Program-made: the position numbers and the translations under genes
The notes under the pieces: model-generated
What the model was told of the DNA's origin: nothing
The model's input: the letters and a program-made list of their open reading frames with translations, nothing else
Databases searched by the model: none
Assembly (NCBI RefSeq): GCF_028641065.1
Contig: NC_073407.1
Span: 15,252,001 to 15,316,000 of the forward strand
Direction: 5' to 3'
DNA length: 64,000 nucleotides
From: Leucoraja erinacea
Taxonomy: Eukaryota
Shown here: positions 1-12,980 of the stretch, one piece after another
Layout of the letters: every line of letters starts with the position of its first letter
Position numbering within the stretch: position 1 is the stretch's first letter

Positions 1-175
1 CCCAAGTCAACTTCCCAGAAACATGCAGGAAAATCACTGGTGCTGCCCCAATGGACCAGAAATACTGCTACACTTTATAAATTCCAGAAAACTGGATGTT
101 ATGTGCACAGGGTCCTGAGGTTACAAAGCACGGAGTGCCAGGGACAGCTGTACACATGGGATTCATGAGGGTTAC

Positions 176-277
176 CTTCCACCATGGCTGTGCTCGGGCA
201 GAAAGCTGAGCTGACAGGCAAGCTCTGTTTCAAGTGTTGCTCAGCATGGTCCTGCTTTCCCTGGAGTTGTGGGAAAT
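176..277 (-). CDS. FPGS: FPGS exon 11 (last exon in window; gene continues leftwards)
   Basis: ttgcag|AT...GAA G|gtaacc, phase 1-1, 102 nt; (D)FPQLQGKQDHAEQHLKQSLPVSSAFCPSTAMVE(G) resembles mammalian LPLAPVFQPTSHMRLG and continues the frame of exon 10. Confidence 0.8.
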
Positions 278-1614
278 CTGCAAGAAACAGAATTTCAAGA
301 TGTCAGGAACCCATCATCTGAAACAACCCAACCACTGAAAATCACACCAAAATTGACAGCGTCACATTCATTGCATAAAACATAAAATTACCCATCATTG
401 CATACTGTAAGTCAGTCAAACAGTGTTTACCCCCACCCCCCACCTCGCTCAGTATTTGCAGCCAACTCTCCGAGGGACATAAAAAAAGGGTAACACTCTT
501 CCAGCTCTGAGAAGGACTTGTTGCTGGATGTGTAGGAAGGGATGGGAAGGTGCTACAAAGGGAAGAGACCTCTTCAAAGAGTAAGGTTGACAAAGAAAAA
601 TGACCACAGGAAGCATGGTCTTTGTGCAGGGAGACCACAGAGACCTTGAAGAGATACATCCAGGCAATCTCTCAGTCACATGCGGTTTGAGGAAGGCTGT
701 TCGTACAGGGATCTCCATTACACGTGCGGTCTCCTGCAGGAAGGTCTCTATAAGGATAGCTTTATAGGACGCCTGCATTTTGGGGAAGCCTGCAATGCAG
801 AGAGGTGTCTGTGTCTGCTTCTGGGTGCTAAAGGGAAAGTAGGCAGTAGCTCTACCCCTTCAATGTGGAATTTAGGTGACCTCCCTCTTGCAGCGATGAG
901 ATTTGACAGAGACCATGACTCCGAGCTAGGACACCAGGAACGACCATGATCCTGATCTCCATCAGCAAAGTATTCAGTGTGTAGCAGGGACTGAGTTTCT
1001 CAATGGACATCAGTGAGGACAAAGAATGCTCTGAGTATTCGTCTTTTAACCAGGAGAGATTTGCCCGGCAGTTAATTCTTGGAAAAAAACCTGAAAATGC
1101 TGGAAATGCCAAGCAGGATATGCAGCATCTGAGAAAGGGAAGCAGGGTGGGGCCTTCACCAGAATGCTCTCACATGGGAGGGAGCCTGGTACAGACAGCA
1201 TTTTAATGCCCATCTCAAATTACCCACGAGGTGGTGGCACTGAGCCACCTTCTACAGTAACTAGTCCATGTGGACATAGGTAGTCCCACCGTTGGGTAAG
1301 TTATACACATATGAACTTTTGTTGTTGACATTGTGCCAGACTTAAAGATATCATGTAATACCACACTTCTTCACCAACTGGTCATTTACTGTCTCAACAC
1401 ATGGCCATACTATTGCTACACAGGTAGTTCCACAGAAACCAAGCCGCATTGACCTGGGTAGCAGTAGGCAAGTCTCAGCTGGATTCCAACAACAGTGACA
1501 TTTATTTTGCATTCCAACCCGACACACTTTGATCAGCAAGTTTAGAGTATTGGTCTCAATAATGGCAATCATAAAACTACTGAAGTGTGAAATGTGAAAT
1601 GGGAGACATTTTGT

Positions 1615-2462
1615 AGGTATGTTACAAAACGTACCTGAATCGTGGCTGAGCATCTGCCCCTCCCCTTGTGTGTGATTTTGGAGCTGTTTGGAGGGGGCGG
1701 GTTTAAAACCCGATTTTTACTAGGCTGTTCCAATCGCAGATGTTCAGCCTAGTAAATCATTAACGGAGAATCGCTGCAAGACCCGGTCCCAAAAGCTATT
1801 ATTAGTTTTATAGGCCTCGAAGAGTAGATATAATAAATTTAAAAGCTCTCGTTCATTCCGCAAGCTCTGGCAGACCCAGGGTTTTATAAAGCAAACAATT
1901 AAAGGTATGTACCTTATTTTTACATTAAATGGGGCATGTATATAACCCTATAATTATAATTTTCTATAGCGAGTAGCTCATTTTGGGCTTTTTATATCCC
2001 CCAGTATTTTTCTCGGCATTTGAGGGCACTAATCCAGCGCGATGTCAACATTCTAAACCTGCGCGTTCCACATGAACCCACTAGAAAACCGATTTATTTA
2101 CAGCAATTGAACACTAAATTCCTTCCATTTGGCCTATAAATTAATGTAAATTAGATATAAAAATCATGTTATATTGTGAATTATTTGTGAATAATCTTTG
2201 GACACTTAGGCTATTTAAAAATGTTAATCTTTCCTTAAGAAATGTGCTTTTGACTATCTAAGATCACAGCTTTTTTGTAATGCCCATTGAAAATCAATAG
2301 GGAACAAGATGCTAATTTCCGAGTATGAAAATGGTCATAACTTTTTTAATACTTGAGATATGAAAGTGAATTTGGTGTCAAATTAAACTTATTGTTATGC
2401 TTTATCTGATGGGATAAATTGCAGACTTGATTTTTTAAATCTCAAAATTTTGTAACATTGCT
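1615..2462. mobile_element. Non-autonomous TIR DNA transposon in FPGS intron 10
   Basis: Ends (tgt)aggtatgttacaaaa / ttttgtaacattgct(aca) are inverted repeats with 2 mismatches; flanked by direct repeat acattttgt (1606-1614, 2463-2471); no ORF. Confidence 0.8.
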
Positions 2463-2509
2463 ACATTTTGTCAACTGTACCCAATCTGCCTTATAGGCGA
2501 TTGATTGGA

Positions 2510-2810
2510 GGACACAACATGGAAACAGGTTCTTCGGCCCACCGAGTCCACACTATGTTCAATGTAACCCATATAATCAATATAGAACTATGTAATAGTT
2601 CTATGTAATCCCACTTTTGAATCCACTCCCAAGACGCCAGGGACAAATATACAGACAGCAGTTAACCTACAAACCTGTACGTCTTTGGGACGTGGGAGGA
2701 AACCAGAGCACCCGGAGGAAACCCACGCAGGGAGAATGTGCAAAATCCACACACACAGCGGCTGAGGTCAAGATCGAACCCAGATCTCTGGTGCTAGGAG
2801 GCAGCATCAT
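2510..2810 (-). mobile_element. tRNA-head SINE with CR1-like tail
   Basis: B-box-like GTTCGATC on minus; family core also seen at 7990-8250, 8740-9035, 43120-43410 and 60845-61125. Confidence 0.7.
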
Positions 2811-3229
2811 TGCTCACTTTAAAATATATCCTCAAGTCGAAGATGATCATGGACGGACCTTGCCAGTGATACCAAGACCCGTAAACGAATAAGAAAGTAA
2901 AAATTACCCATGGGCGATGTCATCTCTCCAACATCACCTCACCCCTAGAGCAGGTCCAGCACTGTCTCTCCTTCCAGCCCAGAAACATCCAATCATAGAG
3001 TATGGAAGCTGTGAATAACAGTTGGACCCCTGGCTGATTTTCACCATTCAGCCCTCTCCTCTCTCCCACAGGACCAAGTATTGCCCAAACTGTGTTCTAT
3101 CTTAATTCAAACTAAGCTAACTCATTATATTAAACCCACACATGTCCTCAATGTTCAGGTTACTATTACTGGAGGACAGAGTATATTGAGCAATTGTGAT
3201 ATGTGACTAGCAGGCAGGCTGTAGTTTAA

Positions 3230-3420
3230 GGTGCGAGACAAACATAAGCTGCTGGAGGAACTCATTGAGTGAGGCACCATCTGCGGCGGGAATGGATAGG
3301 CAGGTTTTGGCACAAAACCCTTCTTCAGAGTCTTCAAAGTAGCCATACCTTGAGAAGATTTTGCAGTGGAACAGTAAAATGGAGACTTGAGGAACTGCAG
3401 ATGCTGGAACCTTCAGCAAT
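3230..3420 (-). mobile_element. Penelope-like terminal-repeat fragment with degraded hammerhead motif
   Basis: Minus strand ctgaagaagggttttgtgccaaaac...gatggtgcctcactcaatgagttcctccagc; shares a spacer with 18720-18775. Confidence 0.6.
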
Positions 3421-3999
3421 CTTCAATTTAATCAGTGATTGGTCACTTTCCCGGATAGATTTTGCTGAGATAACAGAGGAACTGAACCCTGGGTTAATTA
3501 TTGACTTTAGCCAAATATGGGGTGAAGGGGCCATGTTAAGCTTTGACTGGGCTGTGTCAATGTCCTTTCCCCACCTTCAGTTACTGTTTAAATAAAGACA
3601 TGCATTCCATAAGAATAAGCAGAAGTAAATATAAAAACTGTAATCATTAACCCCTGTTAATGATTACCCCTGAAATACTATTTTGCAGTTGCATTGCAAA
3701 ACTATCTGCCCACGCCTGGGTTTACGCCAAAATCAAAGATTAAAGTCTCCACTCTCTGCTGGTTACGGGAGCTGTGTGCAAAATGAGTCTGCCAATTTTT
3801 ATCCGGGAACAAAAATTGACGTAATTTTGATTTGATTTATCAAACTCATTTGGGAGACCAGAAAACTGCAGCTGTAACTGTCTGAAGAGTGTCACTGACT
3901 AGATACTGCACCCAAAGGATGCAAGACCTCTTCTAACATTAGAGATTTTTTGGACACTGCAGCCAAGTTGTACGGCACCTGTTATCAGTCATAAAGTCA

Positions 4000-4330
4000 G
4001 GCATACAGTACAGAAACAGCCTCTTCAGACCTACTCAACCATGTGGACCAAGTTGCCCCATTTAAGCCAGTCCTGTTTGCCTGCATTTGGCACATATACC
4101 ATTAAACCATTCCATCCATTTATCTGTCAAAGTGTATTTTAAATGTTGTAATTGTATCTGCATCCACTATTTCTTATGGCATCTCATTCTATATACCTAC
4201 TACACTCCAAATAGAAAATGTTGTCCCTTAGGGTCCTAATAAATCTTGCCCCAATTATCTTAAACCGATGTTCTCTGGTTCTCGATTCCCCTGCCCTGGG
4301 AAAAGAACTCTGTGCATTCATCCTAACCCA
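4000..4330 (-). mobile_element. CR1-type LINE 3' fragment
   Basis: Degenerate ORF2 end (FPRAGESRTREHRFKIIGARF) and typical tail. Confidence 0.7.
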
Positions 4331-4604
4331 CACATCCAGACACTGTTTTTGATGTACGACCCTGTACAGCTGCTGGATGCTGCACCTAAATGTGCTAGAC
4401 CTCAACTAAATGTTCTGGATATTGCATCCACATCAAGCCGTTCTAGACTTTCAGAATGCTACATCCAAATCATGTTATAATCCTGTTCAAGGTCTTCTTG
4501 ACATTGGACTAAAAGCTTATTTGTGAAAAGTTCCACCCTCAAGCTTTGCTAACCTTTACCGCAAGTTCAGAATTGTTATAATTGTATACCTAATAATCGG
4601 GGTT

Positions 4605-5020
4605 GCGTTATGGGAGGTTAACATTTTTTTCTTTGGAGCATAGTCGGCCAAAGGGAAATTTTATTGAGGTGTACAAGTTCATGAGGATCATTATATAATA
4701 AACACTCAGTCTTTTTCCAGGGGAGAGGATTCTAATTCTAGAGGGCATAGGCTTAAGGTGAGAGGGTAGAGTTAGGAGTCACCTGAGGGGCAAAATTTTC
4801 CCCCCAGAGGGTAGTCCATATCTAGGATGACCTGCCAGAGGAAATTATAGAAGTGGACACAATTACGACTTTTAAAAGACATTTGGATATATGGATAGGA
4901 AAGTTTGAGAGAGCTCTGGGCCAAATATAGGCAACTGGGACTAGCCCTGTATACCAACTTGGTAGGCATGGATAAAGTGGACCAAAGGGCGTGTTTCCAT
5001 ATTGTACAGTTTTATGACCC
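4605..5020 (+). mobile_element. CR1-type LINE 3' fragment
   Basis: gagggcataggcttaaggtgagagg...ccaaagggcgtgtttcc...gtacagttttatgac CR1 3' end. Confidence 0.7.
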
Positions 5021-5423
5021 AGCGTGTCAAGAGTGCTAGATAAGGTGCAGTTTAACCAGTGGAAGTTACCAATCTTAGAGGCACCAACATGGCGAAGAAC
5101 CAGCACGGGAAAAATCAACGCAAGTGAGAGCCACAATGCTTTCTGTACAAAGGGGAACTTAGGTGGGTCCCTGACTGCTTAATGCAAGTGCTGGGATGTG
5201 GTCAAGGCGAGGGTTAGCAAGAAACCATATTAAGTGAAGCAATTGACCAGGACAATCAAATCCAAAGTTTCTCAACCCAAACCATAAGGTTTCCACATTC
5301 GATATACAATTAATAAACCACAGAACAAAGGCTATTGCAGACCTCTTGTTTTTCAGTTGACTAGTTAACACGCAACAAAAGCTTTCCAATGTACCTTGGT
5401 AATAAATAAACTAACTAACTAAC

Positions 5424-5571
5424 CTGGGTGGTGATGATACTGGAGCCACGCCCGACATAGCTGCAACGCCAGCGATGCATTTAATTTCTGGTGGTTTCCG
5501 GCCAAACCCAAGGTCAGCTTCTCCCTCTCAGACTGGAAGTCCTCCAGATCTGCGCATAGCTGCAGAGAACA
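5424..5571 (-). CDS. FPGS: FPGS exon 10
   Basis: ccccag|TGT...CCA G|gttagt, 148 nt; CSLQLCADLEDFQSEREKLTLGLAGNHQKLNASLALQLCRAWL, matching the FPGS L.L.G.HQ..NA.LALQL motif. Confidence 0.93.
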
Positions 5572-6349
5572 CTGGGGACAGAAGAATTCAGGAGTAGATC
5601 AATGTTCATAGTGATTGCATCCCAATTAGTCTCAGCTCTTGTGACCAAACATCACCACTTATTGTCAGGTTTAAGAGGGGCAATCAGGTGAGGTGGTAGG
5701 TGAATTTCACTATTGTAATGTAGAAGCTACAGAGGTAACACAACCAGCATATGAAAAATTAGCTGGATTGCTTTTTTGTAACATTGTAATATGGGGGTAA
5801 ATATTATTGAAATATTAAATTTCCAACTGAGATGAAAGGGCCTGATAAAAACATTTAATCTGAGAAACAGCACCTTTCTCAGCACCACACCAGAGCACAT
5901 CTAGATCTTTGAGCTCAAAGCTTTGGCACGGAATCCAAATTCCGTTCCGACTCAGTGAGCACACGAACCATTGAGGCGAAAGCTGTGTCCAGTAAACATG
6001 GCATGAAGCATGAACTAGAGTCCATCCTGAGGTACAGCCAGGAAATGAGGAACATAGGTCAAGTGTATATTAACAGAATGGCTTCAGCAACCTGATCAAG
6101 GGAAACAAAGTTGGAGGTTTATCCATACCTCCTGAAATCTGTAAATGCCACCATTAACTTAATAGAATACTATGCCACGTCAATGCAGCAGACTAGATGA
6201 GGTTGAACCCATGGTAATGTGACTTTTATGCCTGGACCCACCATAGAGCAATAATAGGTACCTTCGACAGCCTCAAGTAAGAACTTAGGAACAGGATAAA
6301 ATATGTTTGTTTTTTTTTAATTCTAAGAGACATGCATCTTTGATGCGTA

Positions 6350-7045
6350 ATGACATGCAGAGGTCTCCGCACATGGTGATGCCATCTTTAGTTATTATAA
6401 TGTTCAATTCCATTCACCACATCTCAGCTAATGTAGCAGCCTATGCTTCCAGGCAATAAGATTTGTGCCACCAAATTACCAGGCACTGGACACTTCCAAC
6501 AATGGGGAGTCCAGCCACCCATCCCCTTGACCTTCAGTCCCTCACCATAAATATCTTGGGGGTCACTAATAATTTTGATTATTAGTGACCCTCATAGAGC
6601 AACAATAGGAGCTCTTCAACAACTGGAGCAGCCACAAAAATACTATGGCTATGAGGTTAAGTTTATGTGGCTGGGTATCTTGTTCTGAGTGACTGGCCTT
6701 CTGACATTCATAGACCTTTCAGCCATATGTAAGACACAAGCGAGAGCACAATGTAGTATGCTCCACTTGACTGTATGCATGCTGAGCTAACCACTCACAG
6801 TTTGCCACCATTCCAATGCCCAGAACATCCATTTATCCAGTGTATATCACTCCAAGTACACTGCAATTACTCACTCAGACCTGACAGCACGTCCCAGGCC
6901 CACAAACCTTACTACCAAGATGAACAAGAACAATGGGAACACCTACACCTAGTTTCCCTCCAACGTGCACATTGTTTTCAATTGAAAATATACTGTCCGT
7001 TCTTCATCAACTCTGGATCTAAATATGTAAATCCCTACCCAATAG
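6350..7045 (+). mobile_element. Old CR1-group LINE RT/3' fragment
   Basis: Decayed RT-like text (ILGVT..NWSSH..) with many disablements; family assignment is by recall. Confidence 0.5.
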
Positions 7046-7049
7046 TACT

Positions 7050-7670
7050 CAAGTCATACAGTGCCAAAACAGGCCCTTTGGCCTAACTTGCCCAATCTGA
7101 CCAAGATGCCCATCTAATCCCATATCTCTCTACACCTTTCCCATCTGGCTAAATGTATTTTAAATGTGGTAATTGTACCTGCCTCAGCTACCTCCTCTGA
7201 CAGCTTGTTCCATATACCCATGACCCACCATGTGAAAATGTCCCCTCAGGTTCCTATTAAAACTATTACCTCTTACCTTAAACCTATGCATTTATCCTAT
7301 CTATTTCCTCTCATGATCTAATACACCTCTACAAGATCACCCCTCAGCCTCCTGCATATAAATTCCTAGCTGGCCTAAACTCACCCTAAAGCTCAAGCTC
7401 TTGAGTTCTGGCAACATCTTTGTAAATCTTCTCTGCACTCTTTTCGGCTTAATGACACCCTTCTTATAGCAGGGTAACCAAAACTCAACAAAATACTCCA
7501 AACGTGGCCTCACCAACATATTATACAACTGTAATGTAATATCCCAACCTCTAGATGCAATACCCTAACTGATGATGGGCAATGTATCGATTGCCTTCTT
7601 GACCACCCTATTTACCTATGTAGCAGTGCTCCTAGATCCCTCTGCTCTACAACACTCCCCAGGACCCTAG
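7050..7670 (-). mobile_element. CR1-type LINE 3' fragment
   Basis: ORF remnant YNMLVRPRLEYFVEFWLPCYKK...RVQRRFTKMLPELK, characteristic of the CR1 ORF2 C-terminus. Confidence 0.85.
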
Positions 7671-7796
7671 CACTGTGGGAACACCATCTTCCTAAAAGGC
7701 AAATGGAACTGGACAGTAAATACAGCCCTTTCAGGGGTAAACATATTATCAGTAAGACAGGAATACTCCGTTCTCAACCACTCCAATTTAACTTAC

Positions 7797-7874
7797 TCCA
7801 ATCTCTTTTGCTCTTTCAACGAGGACAGCCATTGGTCCACTGGGCTGTGGCACTGAGAATGCTGGGACTCCCGG
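7797..7874 (-). CDS. FPGS: FPGS exon 9
   Basis: ttccag|CCG...GGA|gtaagt, 78 nt; PGVPAFSVPQPSGPMAVLVERAKEIG. Confidence 0.92.
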
Positions 7875-7989
7875 CTGGAAAACAGAATGAAAACTAGACA
7901 GTTCACCACAGAAGTGGAAATTGGTGTTACTAAGCAATAGCAGAGGTGCAAGGTGCCACACAAAGAGGGAAAAGAGCAGGACTGTGGAG

Positions 7990-8250
7990 CAGCTGTAGAT
8001 TACAGCACAGCAACCCGGGTTCGATCCTGATTACGGGTGTTTGTACAGAGTCTGTACGTTCTCCCTCTGCCCACCTGGATTTTTTCTGTGAGGTCCGGTT
8101 TCTTCAAAGACCTACAGGTTAATTGGCTTCTGTAAAATTGTAAATTACTCCTAATGTTGTAGGATAGTGCTAAAGTACAGGGTGATCGCTGGTCAGCGAT
8201 GATTCGGTGGGCCAAAGGGCCTGTTTCCACGCTGTAACTCTAAAGTAAAA
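7990..8250 (+). mobile_element. tRNA-head SINE
   Basis: B box GGTTCGATCC at about 8017; same family core and CR1-like tail. Confidence 0.75.
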
Positions 8251-8516
8251 AACTACATTTACATGTCAAATTGATCCATGCCAAAATATTTTTGAAGAGT
8301 CAAAATGGCAAACATCCAATAAATACAAACAGATTTTTTTTAAACACTTTGAATGGTGTTCTGTAGGAGAGATTCCCAGCTTTCAAAAAGAGAGCTCTTG
8401 AGTACCCAAACCTGTCAGGCCACAATGTGAGCAGGGCAGGGCTGGAGATATGACGCTTACATTCAAGGTATTTACAGTCCATTGTTAGATTAGGCCTGGC
8501 AGCAGCTTCCTTTTAC

Positions 8517-8619
8517 CTTGAATATTCCTCCTTTCTGCCATGCTATTTTCTCCATGGTGTCGCCCAGGATACTGACGTGATCTATCCCCAGTGATGACAC
8601 TCCACACACTACGGGATGC
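8517..8619 (-). CDS. FPGS: FPGS exon 8
   Basis: gtacag|G...AAG|gtaaaa, 103 nt; HPVVCGVSSLGIDHVSILGDTMEKIAWQKGGIFK. Confidence 0.96.
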
Positions 8620-8739
8620 CTGTACAATTCAAACAAACAGACAAGGAGAATATCACAGGGTGAATGAAGAAGACTAAATGAATGATGAAGACACAGCCAT
8701 ACTTAGATCTGCAATATTTGGTGAAAATGAGGAGGACCA

Positions 8740-9035
8740 CCGGGGTGGCACAATGGCGAAGCAGTAGTGTTGCTGCCTTACAGCGCCAGAGACCCAAGTT
8801 TGATCCTGACTATTGGTGCTATCTGTAAGGAGTTTGTATGTCTCCCTGTGACCACGTGGGTTTTCTTCTGGTGCTCCGGTTTCCTCCCACATTCCAAAGA
8901 CGTGCAGGTTTGTAGGTTAACTTGATTCTATAAGTTGTCCCTAGTGTTTAGGATAGAACGCGTGTATGGGCAAAGGTTGGTTGGCATGGATTCAGTGGCC
9001 CGAACAGCTTGTTTCCACCCTGTGCCTCTAAATGA
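8740..9035 (+). mobile_element. tRNA-head SINE in FPGS intron 7
   Basis: A box tggcgaagcag and B box gtttgatcc, followed by the core ...tgctccggtttcctcccaca...caaagacgtgcaggtt and a CR1-like tail. Confidence 0.8.
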
Positions 9036-9092
9036 AACACAGATGAAATTGGACATCACTGACACATCCCTGAGCAAACTGAAATCTATTAC

Positions 9093-9154
9093 CTGATTAT
9101 ATTGGTACAATCATAAGCTCCACCAATTCCGACCTCTAATATTGCGACGTCAAT
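9093..9154 (-). CDS. FPGS: FPGS exon 7
   Basis: cttcag|ATT...AG|gtaata, 62 nt; IDVAILEVGIGGAYDCTNII(R), the EVGIGG..D.TN motif. Confidence 0.96.
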
Positions 9155-9267
9155 CTGAAGAAACACGAGAAATAATACTTTAAAATTGTGTTCTTTTAAT
9201 TATCCTCATAAATATTAGTCACATAATGGGCAGATCTCAAGACTACTCACCCAATTCAATACCTTAC

Positions 9268-9345
9268 CTTTTCATGCAGGAAAATGTGGAAGGCAAGAAT
9301 GGTGAGGAAACGGAAGTACGCAGGCATAGCCCCGGAGTCACGGTC
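9268..9345 (-). CDS. FPGS: FPGS exon 6
   Basis: ccacag|GAC...AAG|gtaagg, 78 nt; DRDSGAMPAYFRFLTILAFHIFLHEK. Confidence 0.95.
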
Positions 9346-10008
9346 CTGTGGAGGACATCCAGACAAGAGGCAGGGGTGGGGTAAAAAAAATAAGACCATT
9401 TAGTATTGGTTCATATCCTGCTTCTGGAGAATTCAAAAGTGCTTTATTCCAGGGCCTCCCAACAACCTTCATCGCTGCAAGACCACAAAATTCTTGTTTG
9501 TGCAACTTACATTCTGCAAGTCAAATCAGGAAATCATGCGATTAAAGACTTATTCCACAAAGGAAAATGTCACCCGATCTTCAGGAGTGCATCTTTGATG
9601 TAATGTATCGCCAACAAGATGATCAATGTGATAGAATTACCCAAGCTATAACACCTCTTCAATGTAAAAGAACTACCGATGCATGGGAAAACTCACTGAC
9701 TATTCAAATCATCCCAATACCGAACAAATAAATTGCTAATGCTTTCATCATCACTGGATCAAGATCCACCCACGTTCGACCTTATCAAACTGGAAGTACC
9801 TTCAAAACACAGTTAGAAGCCAAACAAGTGAAAAAGGAATCCAAGGTTTCTCATTGGGGGAAGTATATGCTACGGCCAATAATCACAGTATCCACCATCC
9901 AGATCCAGAAGCATTCTTGCATCTCACAAATCTTGTGACAAAAGTTAATGCTTGCAGATAGACTGCAAAAAAAAACAGAAAATACCCAGACGAAAGATGA
10001 CCTCTTAC

Positions 10009-10123
10009 CTTTGTTTCTTCCAATCGGTTATACACTTGCCAGAAGTACTTTGTAAAGAGATCTTTGCTGATTGGTTTGCCGTTGATCCGAATTCTCTCCC
10101 TCACTTGTACCAGGTGTGGGGAA
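10009..10123 (-). CDS. FPGS: FPGS exon 5
   Basis: aaacag|T...AAG|gtaaga, 115 nt; SPHLVQVRERIRINGKPISKDLFTKYFWQVYNRLEETK. Confidence 0.97.
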
Positions 10124-10354
10124 CTGTTTATAAGAGATGATTATAACATGTAAATAGTAAAGAAAGCAGTAAGAATGCTCATGTGTACAAACAAGCACTG
10201 AACCAGACCTGCAATTTCATTGCATCCTTACGCTATGTTTCAGTGCAAATTTGTCATTGCTGCTGTTGAGAAAATGGAACAACCAGTTATTGCATGTCAA
10301 GCTCCAACAAATAGCAGCACCTAATGTCCTAAACCTGCTACTGTGTTACGGGTT

Positions 10355-10525
10355 GTGGGATAGATATTGGTCAGGTTTCTGGAAAACGCCTTTGCTCTTC
10401 TTGAAAATGCCGTGGGTCCTCCCAAGTAAAAGCAGCCTTGGTCTAATGTGAAACCTGAAAGATAGCACCTCCCTCACAACAGTATCCCCTCTGTATGGCA
10501 ATGGAGCACCAATCTAGATTTCAGT
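10355..10525 (+). mobile_element. Ancient DeuSINE-like fragment
   Basis: gccttggtctaatgtgaaacctgaaagatagcacctcc...ggagcaccaatctagattt resembles the Deu domain from recall; similar decayed pieces at about 5840-6000 and 34770-34930. Confidence 0.45.
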
Positions 10526-11716
10526 TTGACATCTCACACAAGAACCAGAGTAAAAAAAACATGGACCAGGGAAAGAGAATGGTACGGCTGGGGCGTGGAG
10601 GTATAACATAAACACAAAATCCAGATAGCTAGAGCAAAGCAATCACAAGTACATCAGGGGAAGAATTTATGAATGGAGATATGAAACAAACATAAAAGGA
10701 GGAAAAGGGATTTTAAAAAAAGGAAGCATATGTATGTTTTATTATTAATTACCGCCTTGTGATTCTTTCAAAATATATACCAATATGTAATAGAAAATTG
10801 GCACAAAGCATGACAGTGACATTCCATCGTCAATAAAGTAGAAATAATCAATTTTTCAAACTAATTACAGCCACAAGCAACAGAATTATTCTAGTCTAGA
10901 AACAAGCATTTCTCTAACCCTGCCTGCCAACCAGCACCAGGCGCGTGATGATGAACAATCGTGATACAATGCATTCATGAAACAAACAGCTTCTGTAGCC
11001 ATGTCAGCTCGTGTTTCTCATTAATGGTGAGATAATGATCTGTTCAGCTGCAGCATTGTAGAGTGGGGACACTCCACTTTCTGTCATCCTAGATTCATTA
11101 CAAACAGGATTCAGTCTTCAAGCCAGCTGTAATGGTGTCTCTGTACCGCCATCATGAATCACCTTAATCCCTTCTAATATCTGCTCCTCACCATATCCAA
11201 TATGAGTGCATCGGTTTCCTACACCAATTGAGATTGCCAAGGTCAATTTCCAAAGAAACATTTTGACCATGTACAAATAATTCTAATTTAAATATTAAAA
11301 GTGGTTTTAAAATGTTGTGTTGTGAACATATTGTTATTAATTGCGCTCAAAAACGGACATCTATATATATATATATTAGAATGGTTTAGAGGGATAGGGG
11401 CCAATCACAGGCAAATGGGACTAATGTTCACTATGCCAACAAAGTGGGCCGAAGGGCTGTTTCAGTGCTGCCCTATGACTTTGTTAAAGTACATCATAGG
11501 ATACATTTATTAACTGGCAGTGACAAAGGTACACATTTTTGCCTAATGTTACCATGACCAAGTGCTTACGTGCAGGAATGTGGAATACCGAAAGTGATGA
11601 AATTACCTAGTACAAATGCCTCAGAAAAGACTACAACAAGCCCCCTCTACATAACCTGGAAACTATTAGTATTTAACATTTCAAGAGGAACAAGATCAAA
11701 ACAAATCTAATCTTAC

Positions 11717-11781
11717 CTGTAAAATCCAGTCTTCAATCCATAATTACGTAATATGTTTTCACAAAATGCACACGTGGAACC
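11717..11781 (-). CDS. FPGS: FPGS exon 4
   Basis: tgacag|GGT...AG|gtaaga, 65 nt; GSTCAFCENILRNYGLKTGFY(S). Confidence 0.96.
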
Positions 11782-12450
11782 CTGTCATAAGCCAAAGAAA
11801 ATCAAGTCACCAAAGGATTGACAACTACATACACAAAACAACAAGTGTGGATCATTAACTTCCATAAGTGATCTGCACAACATCAGGGCATTGACACAAA
11901 GATGCAGGTCCCACCTGCAAATAATAACCCCAGCGATCAAATAACAGTGGGCAAACAACAGCAGAGGTTAAAGCCACTTCCCCTTCACCTTCTCTCCATG
12001 CATTTCCCAAAGGGAGAGTGGATGCTCTTTTAAAATAAGGGACTTTTTCTCATTTCCTTCTACAGTTCATCTCAACCATATCTTCATCCAGCTCAGCTGA
12101 ATTACAGCCCTTCTTCCAATGAGGCACACCCTCATTGCAAACTTTGCAAACCTCCAAACTGCCAAGACTTTGCCACTTAGCAGATTAGCTTGAGCATGCA
12201 TTCAGGAGGGCCTTCCCTATCTCTCCCCACCTTATCAATTCCCCGAGCACATTCTTGCTCTTCAGTAAGGGAAAACACAAGATCTAAATGTTTAAGTGAG
12301 AGATAAATCAAGCAGTTTGAGCCCCCGAGTTCGTTCTGGATCAGGGTCATCACGTCAATTAGAACTTCAGTGAGTTCCAGATCATATAAACACAAAACAT
12401 TGACTGAATGATGTGAAGTTGTATTTACGGTGCTTCTGTTAAGAACTGAC

Positions 12451-12504
12451 CTTTCCCTTTGTCCCAGTCACATGAATGATGGCAAGCTGGTCCAGTTCTT
12501 CGAT
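12451..12504 (-). CDS. FPGS: FPGS exon 3 (start of P-loop GTKGK/GS)
   Basis: tggtag|ATC...AAG|gtcagt, 54 nt; IEELDQLAIIHVTGTKGK. Confidence 0.96.
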
Positions 12505-12807
12505 CTACCAACACAAGACACAGGTTATACACTGTTCCAAAAGAACAGACAAAATGAGGAAAGTACTGGACGATTTAATTTGTGATATAGAGACTGTGGA
12601 ATAGACTTGGATTGAAATTATACAAAGCAGAATACGGGTGGGAATGGTTGATGGAGCCCCAAAACTGCCTCTCAATACATCCGTTTCTCATAGATGGGGA
12701 AATATCAAGGATATGTTTGAAAGGAACTGCAATATCATGGGACATTTTATTCTACAGATTAATTGGGACATTTCAAAGTGGCAAAGGTACAGGAGAAGCA
12801 TTTGTGT

Positions 12808-12980
12808 AATAGAAACATAGAAAATAGGTGCAGGAGTAGGCCATTTGACCCTTTGAGCCAGCACCCCCATTCAATATGATCATGGCTGATCATCCAAAAT
12901 CAGTACCCCATTCCTGCTTTCTCCCCATATCCTTTGATTCAATAGCCCTGAGAGCTATATCTAACTATCTCTTGAATGTA
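12808..12980 (-). mobile_element. CR1-type LINE 3' end
   Basis: atagaaacatagaaaataggtgcaggagtaggccatt...atcatggctgatc tail; opposite-orientation copy at about 29280-29378. Confidence 0.7.

Noticed and set aside
342-1206. Cluster of overlapping short ORFs in FPGS intron 10
   Set aside because: No FPGS similarity or recognisable domain; probably decayed retroelement sequence
8740-8815. tRNA gene-like A/B boxes
   Set aside because: Degenerate SINE head continuing into the SINE core; no cloverleaf
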